From NCBI RefSeq assembly GCF_009914755.1, contig NC_060925.1: DNA of 64,000 bases; one strand, 5' to 3'. The translations under genes and the position numbers were made by a program. The notes under the pieces are model-generated. The model searched no databases and was not told the DNA's origin. It was given only the letters and a program-made list of their open reading frames with translations. Shown here piece by piece: positions 39,701 through 53,199 of this stretch (position 1 is its first letter; every line of letters starts with the position of its first letter). Origin of the DNA: the human T2T-CHM13v2.0 reference genome, Homo sapiens.

Positions 39701-42700
39701 ATGGAATTGAATGGAATCATCGAATGGTCTCGATTGGAATCATTATCAAATGGAATCGAATGGAATCACCGAATAGAATCGAATGGAACAATCATCGAAT
39801 GGACTCAAATGGAATTATCCTCCAATGGAATCGAATGGAATTATCGAATGCAATCGAATGGAATTATCGAATGCAATCGAATAGAATCATCGAATGGACT
39901 CGAATGGAATCATCGAATGGAATGGAATGGAACAGTCAATGAACTCGAATGGAATCATCATTGAATGGAATCGAATGGAATCATCGAGTGGAATCGAATG
40001 GAATTATGATCAAATGGAATCGAATGTAATCATCATCAAATGGAATCAAAAATAACCATCATCAATTGGTATTGAATGGAATTGTCATCAAATGGAATTC
40101 AAAGGAATCATCATCAAATGGAACCGAATGGAATCCTCATTGAATGGAAATGAAAGGGGTCATCATCTAATGGAATCGCATGGAATCATCATCAAATGGA
40201 ATCGAATGGAATCATCATCAAATGGAATCTAATGGAATCATTGAACAGAATTGAATGGAATCGTCATCGAATGAACTGAATGCAATCATCGAATGGTCTC
40301 GAATGGAATCATCTTCTAATGGAAAGGAATGGAATCATCGCATAGAATCGAATGGAATTATCATCGAATGGAATCGAATGGTATCAACACCAAACGGAAA
40401 AAAACGGAATTATCGAATAGATTCGAAGAGAATCTTCGAACGGACCCGAATGGAATCATCTAATGGAATGGAATGGAATAATCCATGGACTCGAATGCAA
40501 TCATCATCGAATGGAATCAAATGGAATCATCGAATGGACTCGAATGGAATAATCATTGAACGGAATCGAATGGAATCATCATCGGATGGAAATGAATGGA
40601 ATCATCATCGAATGGAAATGAAAGGAGTCATCATCTAATGGAATTGCATGGAATCATCATAAAATGGAATCGAATGGAATCAACATCAAATGGAATCAAA
40701 TGGAATCATTGAACGGAATTGAATGGAATCGTCATCGAATGTATTGACTGCAATCATCGAATGGTCTCGAATGGAATCATCTTCAAATGGAATGGAATGG
40801 AATCATCGCATAGAATCGAATGGAATTATCATCGAATGGAATCGAATGGAATCAACATCAAACGGAAAAAAACGGAATTATCGAATGGAATCGAAGAGAA
40901 TCATCGAATGGACCCGAATGGAATCATCTAATGGAATGGAATGGAATAATCCATGGACTCGAATGCAATCATCATCGAATGGAATCGAATGGAATCATCG
41001 AATGGACTCGAATGGAATAATCATTGAACGGAATCGAATGGAATCATCATCGGATGGAAATGAATGGAATCATCATCGAATGGAATCGAATAGAATTATG
41101 GAATGAAATCCAGTGTGATCATCATCGAATGGACCCGAATGGAATCATCATCCAACGGAAGCTAATGGAATCAACATCGAATGAATCGAATGGAAACACC
41201 ATCGAATTGAAACGAATGGAATTATCATGAAATTGAAATGGATGGACTCATCATCGAATGGATTCGAATGGAATCATCGAATAAAATTGATTGAAATCAT
41301 CATCCAATGGAATCGAATGGTATCATTGAATGGAATCGAATGGAATCATCATCAGATGGAAATGAATGGAATCGTCATAGAATGGAATCGAATGGATTCA
41401 TTGAATGGAATCAGATGGAATCATCGAATGGACTGGAATGGAATCATTGAATGGACTCGAAAGGGATCATGATTGAATGGAATTGAATGGAATCATCGAA
41501 TGGTCTCGATTGGAATCATTATCAAATGGAATCGAATGGAATCACCGAATAGAATCGAATGGAACAATCATCGAATGGACTCAAATGGAATTATCCTCCA
41601 ATGGAATCGAATGGAATTATCGAATGCAATCGAATGGAATTATCGAATGCAATCGAATAGAATCATCGAATGGACTCGAATGGAATCATCGAATGGAATG
41701 GAATGGAACAGTCAATGAACTCGAATGGAATCATCATTGAATGGAATCGAATGGAATCATCGAGTGGAATCGAATGGAATTATGATCAAATGGAATCGAA
41801 TGTAATCATCATCAAATGGAATCAAAAATAACCATCATCAATTGGTATTGAATGGAATTGTCATCAAATGGAATTCAAAGGAATCATCATCAAATGGAAC
41901 CGAATGGAATCCTCATTGAATGGAAATGAAAGGGGTCATCATCTAATGGAATCGCATGGAATCATCATCAAATGGAATCGAATGGAATCATCATCAAATG
42001 GAATCTAATGGAATCATTGAACAGAATTGAATGGACTGGTCATCGAATGAATTGAATGCAATCATCGAATGGTCTCGAATGGAATCATCTTCTAATGGAA
42101 AGGAATGGAATCATCGCATAGAATCGAATGGAATTATCATCGAATGGAATCGAATGGTATCAACACCAAACGGAAAAAAACGGAATTATCGAATGGAATC
42201 GAAGAGAATCTTCGAACGGACCCGAATGGAATCATCTAATGGAATGGAATGGAATAATCCATGGACTCGAATGCAATCATCATCGAATGGAATCGAATGG
42301 AATCATCGAATGGACTCGAATGGAATAATCATTGAACGGAATCGATTGGAATCATCATCGGATGGAAACGAATGGAATCATCATCGAATGGAAATGAAAG
42401 GAGTCATCATCTAATGGAATTGCATGGAATCATCATAAAATGGAATCGAATGGAATCAACATCAAATGGAATCAAATGTAATCATTGAACGGAATTGAAT
42501 GGAATCGTCATCGAATGAATTGACTGCAATCATCCAATGGTCTCGAATGGAATCATCTTCAAATGGAATGGAATGGAATCATCGCATAGAATCGAATGGA
42601 ATTATCATCGAATAGAATCGAATGGAATCAACATCCAACGGAAAAAAACGGAATTATCGAATGGAATCGAAGAGAATCATCGAATGGACCCGAATGGAAT

Positions 42701-45700
42701 CATCTAATGGAATGGAATGGAATAATCCATGGACTCGAATGCAATCATCATCGAATGGAATCGAATGGAATCATCGAATGGACTCGAATGGAATAATCAT
42801 TGAACGGAATCGAATGGAATCATCATCGGATGGAAATGAATGGAATCATCATCGAATGGAATCGAATAGAATTATGGAATGAAATCCAGTGTGATCATCA
42901 TCGAATGGACCCGAATGGAATCATCATCCAACGGAAGCTAATGGAATCAACATCGAATGAATCAAATGGAAACACCATCGAATTGAAACGAATGGAATTA
43001 TCATGAAATTGAAATGGATGGACTCATCATCGAATGGATTCGAATGGAATCATCGAATAAAATTGATTGAAATCATCATCGAATGGAATCGAATGGTATC
43101 ATTGAATGGAATCGAATGGAATCATCATCAGATGGAAATGAATGGAATCGTCATAGAATGGAATCGAATGGATTCATTGAATGGAATCAGATGGAATCAT
43201 CGAATGGACTGGAATGGAATCATTGAATGGACTCGAAAGGGATCATGATTGAATGGAATTGAATGGAATCATCGAATGGTCTCGATTGGAATCATTACCA
43301 AATGGAATCGAATGGAATCACCGAATAGAATCGAATGGAACAATCATCGAATGGACTCAAATGGAATTATCCTCAAATGGAATCGAATGGAATTATCGAA
43401 TGCAATCGAATGGAATTATCGAATGCAATCGAATAGAATCATCGAATGGACTCGAATGGAATCATCGAATGGAATGGAATGGAACAGTCAATGAACTCGA
43501 ATGGAATCATCATTGAATGGAATCGAATGGAATCATCGAGTGGAATCGAATGGAATTATGATCAAATGGAATCGAATGTAATCATCATCAAATGGAATCA
43601 AAAATAACCATCATCAATTGGTATTGAATGGAATTGTCATCAAATGGAATTCAAAGGAATCATCATCAAATGGAACCGAATGGAATCCTCATTGAATGGA
43701 AATGAAAGGGGTCATCATCTAATGGAATCGCATGGAATCATCATCAAATGGAATCGAATGGAATCATCATCAAATGGAATCTAATGGAATCATTGAACAG
43801 AATTGAATGGAATCGTCATCGAATGAATTGAATGCAATCATCGAATGGTCTCGAATGGAATCATCTTCTAATGGAAAGGAATGGAATCATCGCATAGAAT
43901 CGAAAGGAATTATCATCGAATGGAATCGAATGGTATCAACACCAAACGGAAAAAAACGGAATTATCGAATAGATTCGAAGAGAATCTTCGAACGGACCCG
44001 AATGGAATCATCTAATGCAATGGAATGGAATAATCCATGGACTCGAATGCAATCATCATCGAATGGAATCAAATGGAATCATCGAATGGACTCAAATGGA
44101 ATAATCATTGAACGGAATCGAATGGAATCATCATCGGATGGAAATGAATGGAATCATCATCGAATGGAAATGAAAGGAGTCATCATCTAATGGAATTGCA
44201 TGGAATCATCATAAAATGGAATCGAATGGAATCAACATCAAATGGAATCAAATGGAATCATTGAACGGAATTGAATGGAATCGTCATCGAATGTATTGAC
44301 TGCAATCATCGAATGGTCTCGAATGGAATCATCTTCAAATGGAATGGAATGGAATCATCGCATAGAATCGAATGGAATTATCATCGAATGGAATCGAATG
44401 GAATCAACATCAAACGGAAAAAAACGGAATTATCGAATGGAATCGAAGAGAATCATCGAATGGACCCGAATGGAATCATCTAATGGAATGGAATGGAATA
44501 ATCCATGGACTCGAATGCAATCATCATCGAATGGAATCGAATGGAATCATCGAATGGACTCGAATGGAATAATCATTGAACGGAATCGAATGGAATCATC
44601 ATCGGATGGAAATGAATGGAATCATCATCGAATGGAATCGAATAGAATTATGGAATGAAATCCAGTGTGATCATCATCGAATGGACCCGAATGGAATCAT
44701 CATCCAACGGAAGCTAATGGAATCAACATCGAATGAATCGAATGGAAACACCATCGAATTGAAACGAATGGAATTATCATGAAATTGAAATGGATGGACT
44801 CATCATCGAATGGATTCGAATGGAATCATCGAATAAAATTGATTGAAATCATCATCCAATGGAATCGAATGGTATCATTGAATGGAATCGAATGGAATCA
44901 TCATCAGATGGAAATGAATGGAATCGTCATAGAATGGAATCGAATGGATTCATTGAATGGAATCAGATGGAATCATCGAATGGACTGGAATGGAATCATT
45001 GAATGGACTCGAAAGGGATCATGATTGAATGGAATTGAATGGAATCATCGAATGGTCTCGATTGGAATCATTATCAAATGGAATCGAATGGAATCACCGA
45101 ATAGAATCGAATGGAACAATCATCGAATGGACTCAAATGGAATTATCCTCCAATGGAATCGAATGGAATTATCGAATGCAATCGAATGGAATTATCGAAT
45201 GCAATCGAATAGAATCATCGAATGGACTCGAATGGAATCATCGAATGGAATGGAATGGAACAGTCAATGAACTCGAATGGAATCATCATTGAATGGAATC
45301 GAATGGAATCATCGAGTGGAATCGAATGGAATTATGATCAAATGGAATCGAATGTAATCCTCATCAAATGGAATCAAAAATAACCATCATCAATTGGTAT
45401 TGAATGGAATTGTCATCAAATGGAATTCAAAGGAATCATCATCAAATGGAACCGAATGGAATCCTCATTGAATGGAAATGAAAGGGGTCATCATCTAATG
45501 GAATCGCATGGAATCATCATCAAATGGAATCGAATGGAATCATCATCAAATGGAATCTAATGGAATCATTGAACAGAATTGAATGGAATCGTCATCGAAT
45601 GAACTGAATGCAATCATCGAATGGTCTCGAATGGAATCATCTTCTAATGGAAAGGAATGGAATCATCGCATAGAATCGAATGGAATTATCATCGAATGGA

Positions 45701-48700
45701 ATCGAATGGTATCAACACCAAACGGAAAAAAACGGAATTATCGAATAGATTCGAAGAGAATCTTCGAACGGACCCGAATGGAATCATCTAATGGAATGGA
45801 ATGGAATAATCCATGGACTCGAATGCAATCATCATCGAATGGATTCAAATGGAATCATCGAATGGACTCGAATGGAATAATCATTGAACGGAATCGAATG
45901 GAATCATCATCGGATGGAAATGAATGGAATCATCATCGAATGGAAATGAAAGGAGTCATCATCTAATGGAATTGCATGGAATCATCATAAAATGGAATCG
46001 AATGGAATCAACATCAAATGGAATCAAATGGAATCATTGAACGGAATTGAATGGAATCGTCATCGAATGTATTGACTGCAATCATCGAATGGTCTCGAAT
46101 GGAATCATCTTCAAATGGAATGGAATGGAATCATCGCATAGAATCGAATGGAATTATCATCGAATGGAATCGAATGGAATCAACATCAAACGGAAAAAAA
46201 CGGAATTATCGAATGGAATCGAAGAGAATCATCGAATGGACCCGAATGGAATCATCTAATGGAATGGAATGGAATAATCCATGGACTCGAATGCAATCAT
46301 CATCGAATGGAATCGAATGGAATCATCGAATGGACTCGAATGGAATAATCATTGAACGGAATCGAATGGAATCATCATCGGATGGAAATGAATGGAATCA
46401 TCATCGAATGGAATCGAATAGAATTATGGAATGAAATCCAGTGTGATCATCATCGAATGGACCCGAATGGAATCATCATCCAACGGAAGCTAATGGAATC
46501 AACATCGAATGAATCGAATGGAAACACCATCGAATTGAAACGAATGGAATTATCATGAAATTGAAATGGATGGACTCATCATCGAATGGATTCGAATGGA
46601 ATCATCGAATAAAATTGATTGAAATCATCATCCAATGGAATCGAATGGTATCATTGAATGGAATCGAATGGAATCATCATCAGATGGAAATGAATGGAAT
46701 CGTCATAGAATGGAATCGAATGGATTCATTGAATGGAATCAGATGGAATCATCGAATGGACTGGAATGGAATCATTGAATGGACTCGAAAGGGATCATGA
46801 TTGAATGGAATTGAATGGAATCATCGAATGGTCTCGATTGGAATCATTATCAAATGGAATCGAATGGAATCACCGAATAGAATCGAATGGAACAATCATC
46901 GAATGGACTCAAATGGAATTATCCTCCAATGGAATCGAATGGAATTATCGAATGCAATCGAATGGAATTATCGAATGCAATCGAATAGAATCATCGAATG
47001 GACTCGAATGGAATCATCGAATGGAATGGAATGGAACAGTCAATGAACTCGAATGGAATCATCATTGAATGGAATCGAATGGAATCATCGAGTGGAATCG
47101 AATGGAATTATGATCAAATGGAATCGAATGTAATCACCATCAAATGGAATCAAAAATAACCATCATCAATTGGTATTGAATGGAATTGTCATCAAATGGA
47201 ATTCAAAGGAATCATCATCAAATGGAACCGAATGGAATCCTCATTGAATGGAAATGAAAGGGGTCATCATCTAATGGAATCGCATGGAATCATCATCAAA
47301 TGGAATCGAATGGAATCATCATCAAATGGAATCTAATGGAATCATTGAACAGAATTGAATGGAATCGTCATCGAATGAATTGAATGCAATCATCGAATGG
47401 TCTCGAATGGAATCATCTTCTAATGGAAAGGAATGGAATCATCGCATAGAATCGAATGGAATTATCATCGAATGGAATCGAATGGTATCAACACCAAACG
47501 GAAAAAAACGGAATTATCGAATGGAATCGAAGAGAATCTTCGAACGGACCCGAATGGAATCATCTAATGGAATGGAATGGAATAATCCATGGACTCGAAT
47601 GCAATCATCATCGAATGGAATCGAATGGAATCATCGAATGGACTCGAATGGAATAATCATTGAACGGAATCGATTGGAATCATCATCGGATGGAAACGAA
47701 TGGAATCATCATCTAATGGAAATGAAAGGAGTCATCATCTAATGGAATTGCATGGAATCATCATAAAATGGAATCGAATGGAATCAACATCAAATGGAAT
47801 CAAATGTAATCATTGAACGGAATTGAATGGAATCGTCATCGAATGAATTGACTGCAATCATCGAATGGTCTCGAATGGAATCATCTTCAAATGGAATGGA
47901 ATGGAATCATCGCATAGAATCGAATGGAATTATCATCGAATAGAATCGAATGGAATCAACATCCAACGGAAAAAAACGGAATTATCGAATGGAATCGAAG
48001 AGAATCATCGAATGGACCCGAATGGAATCATCTAATGGAATGGAATGGAATAATCCATGGACTCGAATGCAATCATCATCGAATGGAATCGAATGGAATC
48101 ATCGAATGGACTCGAATGGAATAATCATTGAACGGAATCGAATGGAATCATCATCGGATGGAAATGAATGGAATCATCATCGAATGGAATCGAATAGAAT
48201 TATGGAATGAAATCCAGTGTGATCATCATCGAATGGACCCGAATGGAATCATCATCCAACGGAAGCTAATGGAATCAACATCGAATGAATCAAATGGAAA
48301 CACCATCGAATTGAAACGAATGGAATTATCATGAAATTGAAATGGATGGACTCATCATCGAATGGATTCGAATGGAATCATCGAATAAAATTGATTGAAA
48401 TCATCATCGAATGGAATCGAATGGTATCATTGAATGGAATCGAATGGAATCATCATCAGATGGAAATGAATGGAATCGTCATAGAATGGAATCGAATGGA
48501 TTCATTGAATGGAATCAGATGGAATCATCGAATGGACTGGAATGGAATCATTGAATGGACTCGAAAGGGATCATGATTGAATGGAATTGAATGGAATCAT
48601 CGAATGGTCTCGATTGGAATCATTATCAAATGGAATCGAATGGAATCACCGAATAGAATCGAATGGAATTATCATCGAATGGAATCGAATGGAATTATCC

Positions 48701-49134
48701 TCCAATGGAATCGAATGGAATTATCGAATGCAATCGAATGGAATTATCGAATGCAATCGAATAGAATCATCGAATGGACTCGAATGGAATCATCGAATGG
48801 AATGAAATGGAACAGTCAATGAACTCGAATGGAATCATCATTGAATGGAATCGAATGGAATCATCGAGTGGAATCGAATGGAATTATGATCAAATGGAAT
48901 CGAATGTAATCATCATCAAATGGATTCAAAAATAACCATCATCAATTGGTATTGAATGGAATTGTCATCAAATGGAATTCAAAGGAATCATCATCAAATG
49001 GAACCGAATGGAATCCTCATTGAATGGAAATGAAAGGGGTCATCATCTAATGGAATCGCATGGAATCATCATCAAATGGAATCGAATGGAATCATCATCA
49101 AATGGAATCTAATGGAATCATTGAACAGAATTGA
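34927..49134 (+). repeat. 3-unit (5328-bp) higher-order repeat, about 2.7 copies
   Basis: Unit types follow X-Y-X' order. X/X' (AATAGATTCGAAG, GAATGTATTGAC) at 34927, 38479, 40255, 43807 and 45583; Y (GAATCGATTGG, AAATGTAATCATTG, CATCCAACGG) at 36703, 42031 and 47359; X'-specific CGAAAGGAATT in the 38479 and 43807 units. Confidence 0.82.
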
Positions 49135-52100
49135 ATGGAATCGTCATCGAATGAATTGAATGCAATCATCGAATGGTCTCGAATGGAATCATCTTCTAAT
49201 GGAAAGGAATGGAATCATCGCATAGAATCGAATGGAACTATCATCGAATGGAATCGAATGGTATCAACACCAAACGGAAAAAAACGGAATTATCGAATGG
49301 AATCGAAGAGAATCTTCGAACGGACCCGAATGGAATCATCTAATGGAATGGAATGGAATAATCCATGGACTCGAATGCAATCATCATCGAATGGAATCAA
49401 ATGGAATCATCGAATGGACTCGAATGGAATAATCATTGAACGGAATCGATTGGAATCATCATCGGATGGAAACGAATGGAATCATCATCGAATGGAAATG
49501 AAAGGAGTCATCATCTAATGGAATTGCATGGAATCATCATCAAATGGAATCGAATGGAATCAACATCAAATGGAATCAAATGGAATCATTGAACGGAATT
49601 GAATGGAATCGTCATCGAATGAATTGACTGCAATCATCGAATGGTCTCGAATGGAATCATCTTCAAATGGAATGGAATGGAATCATCGCATAGAATCGAA
49701 TGGAATTATCATCGAATGGAATCGAATGGAATCAACATCCAACGGAAAAAAACGGAATTATCGAATGGAATCGAAGAGAATCATCGAATGGACCCGAATG
49801 GAATCATCTAATGGAATGGAATGGAATAATCCATGGACTCGAATGCAATCATCATCGAATGGAATCGAATGGAATCATCGAATGGACTCGAATGGAATAA
49901 TCATTGAACGGAATCGAATGGAATCATCATCGGATGGAAATGAATGGAATCATCATCGAATGGAATCGAATAGAATTATGGAATGAAATCCAGTGTGATC
50001 ATCATCGAATGGACCCGAATGGAATCATCATCCAACGGAAGCTAATGGAATCAACATCGAATGAATCGAATGGAAACACCATCGAATTGAAACGAATGGA
50101 ATTATCATGAAATTGAAATGGATGGACTCATCATCGAATGGATTCGAATGGAATCATCGAATAAAATTGATTGAAATCATCATCCAATGGAATCGAATGG
50201 TATCATTGAATGGAATCGAATGGAATCATCATCAGATGGAAATGAATGGAATCGTCATAGAATGGAATCGAATGGATTCATTGAATGGAATCAGATGGAA
50301 TCATCGAATGGACTGGAATGGAATCATTGAATGGACTCGAAAGGGATCATGATTGAATGGAATTGAATGGAATCATCGAATGGTCTCGATTGGAATCATT
50401 ATCAAATGGAATCGAATGGAATCACCGAATAGAATCGAATGGAACAATCATCGAATGGACTCAAATGGAATTATCCTCAAATGGAATCGAATGGAATTAT
50501 CGAATGCAATCGAATGGAATTATCGAATGCAATCGAATAGAATCATCGAATGGACTCGAATGGAATCATCGAATGGAATGGAATGGAACAGTCAATGAAC
50601 TCGAATGGAATCATCATTGAATGGAATCGAATGGAATCATCGAGTGGAATCGAATGGAATTATGATCAAATGGAATCGAATGTAATCATCATCAAATGGA
50701 ATCAAAAATAACCATCATCAATTGGTATTGAATGGAATTGTCATCAAATGGAATTCAAAGGAATCATCATCAAATGGAACCGAATGGAATCCTCATTGAA
50801 TGGAAATGAAAGGGGTCATCATCTAATGGAATCGCATGGAATCATCATCAAATGGAATCGAATGGAATCATCATCAAATGGAATCTAATGGAATCATTGA
50901 ACAGAATTGAATGGAATCGTCATCGAATGAATTGAATGCAATCATCGAATGGTCTCGAATGGAATCATCTTCTAATGGAAAGGAATGGAATCATCGCATA
51001 GAATCGAATGGAATTATCATCGAATGGAATCGAATGGTATCAACACCAAACGGAAAAAAACGGAATTATCGAATGGAATCGAAGAGAATCTTCGAACGGA
51101 CCCGAATGGAATCATCTAATGGAATGGAATGGAATAATCCATGGACTCGAATGCAATCATCATCGAATGGAATCGAATGGAATCATCGAATGGACTCGAA
51201 TGGAATAATCATTGAACGGAATCGATTGGAATCATCATCGGATGGAAACGAATGGAATCATCATCGAATGGAAATGAAAGGAGTCATCATCTAATGGAAT
51301 TGCATGGAATCATCATAAAATGGAATCGAATGGAATCAACATCAAATGGAATCAAATGGAATCATTGAACGGAATTGAATGGAATCGTCATCGAATGAAT
51401 TGACTGCAATCATCGAATGGTCTCGAATGGAATCATCTTCAAATGGAATGGAATGGAATCATCGCATAGAATCGAATGGAATTATCATCGAATGGAATCG
51501 AATGGAATCAACATCAAACGGAAAAAAACGGAATTATCGAATGGAATCGAAGAGAATCATCGAATGGACCCGAATGGAATCATCTAATGGAATGGAATGG
51601 AATAATCCATGGACTCGAATGCAATCATCATCGAATGGAATCGAATGGAATCATCGAATGGACTCGAATGGAATTATCATTGAACGGAAACGAATGGAAT
51701 CATCGGATGGAAATGAATGGAATCATCATCGAATGGAATCGAATAGAATTATGGAATGAAATCCAGTGTGATCATCATCGAATGGACCCGAATGGAATCA
51801 TCATCCAACGGAAGCTAATGGAATCAACATCGAATGAATCGAATGGAAACACCATCGAATTGAAACGAATGGAATTATCATGAAATTGAAATGGATGGAC
51901 TCATCATCGAATGGATTCGAATGGAATCATCGAATAAAATTGATTGAAATCATCATCGAATGGAATCGAATGGTATCATTGAATGGAATCGAATGGAATC
52001 ATCATCAGATGGAAATGAATGGAATCGTCATAGAATGGAATCGAATGGATTCATTGAATGGAATCAGATGGAATCATCGAATGGACTGGAATGGAATCAT

Positions 52101-53199
52101 TGAATGGACTCGAAAGGGATCATGATTGAATGGAATTGAATGGAATCATCGAATGGTCTCGATTGGAATCATTATCAAATGGAATCGAATGGAATCACCG
52201 AATAGAATCGAATGGAACAATCATCGAATGGACTCAAATGGAATTATCCTCAAATGGAATCGAATGGAATTATCGAATGCAATCGAATGGAATTATCGAA
52301 TGCAATCGAATAGAATCATCGAATGGACTCGAACGGAATCATCGAATGGAATGGAATGGAACAGTCAATGAACTCGAATGGAATCATCATTGAATGGAAT
52401 CGAATGGAATCATCGAGTGGAATCGAATGGAATTATGATCAAATGGAATCGAATGTAATCATCATCAAATGGAATCAAAAATAACCATCATCAATTGGTA
52501 TTGAATGGAATTGTCATCAAATGGAATTCAAAGGAATCATCAACAAATGGAACTGAATGGAATCCTCATTGAATGGAAATGAAAGGGGTCATCATCTAAT
52601 GGAATCGCATGGAATCATCATCAAATGGAATCGAATGGAATCATCATCAAATGGAATCTAATGGAATCATTGAACAGAATTGAATGGAATCGTCATCGAA
52701 TGAATTGAATGCAATCATCGAATGGTCTCGAATGGAATCATCTTCTAAAGGAAATGAATGGAATCATCGCATAGAATCGAATGGAATTAACATTGAATGG
52801 ACTCGAATGGAATCAACATCAAATGGAATCAAGCGGAATTATCGAATGGAATCGAAGAGATTCATCGAATGGACTCGAATGGAATCATCTAATGGAATGG
52901 AATGGAATAATCCATGGACCCGAATGTAATCATCATCGTATAAAATCGAATGGAATCATCGAATGGACTCGAATGGAATAATCATTGAACGGAATCGAAT
53001 GGAATCATCATCGGATGGAAACGAATGGAATCATCATCGAATGGAAATGAAAGGAGTCATCATCTAATGGAATTGCATGGAATCATCATAAAATGGAATC
53101 GAATGGAATCAACATCAAATGGAATCAAATGGAATCATTGAACGGAATTGAATGGAGTCGTCATCGAATGAATTGAATGCAATCATCGAATGGTCTCGA

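Noticed and set aside
7165-51710. Single small indels (-10 at ~7.18 kb, -1 at ~15.89 kb, -3 at ~51.70 kb)
   Set aside because: These are ordinary slippage events or possible sequence errors; they only explain the 1766, 1775 and 1773 spacings and the longer fused ORFs.
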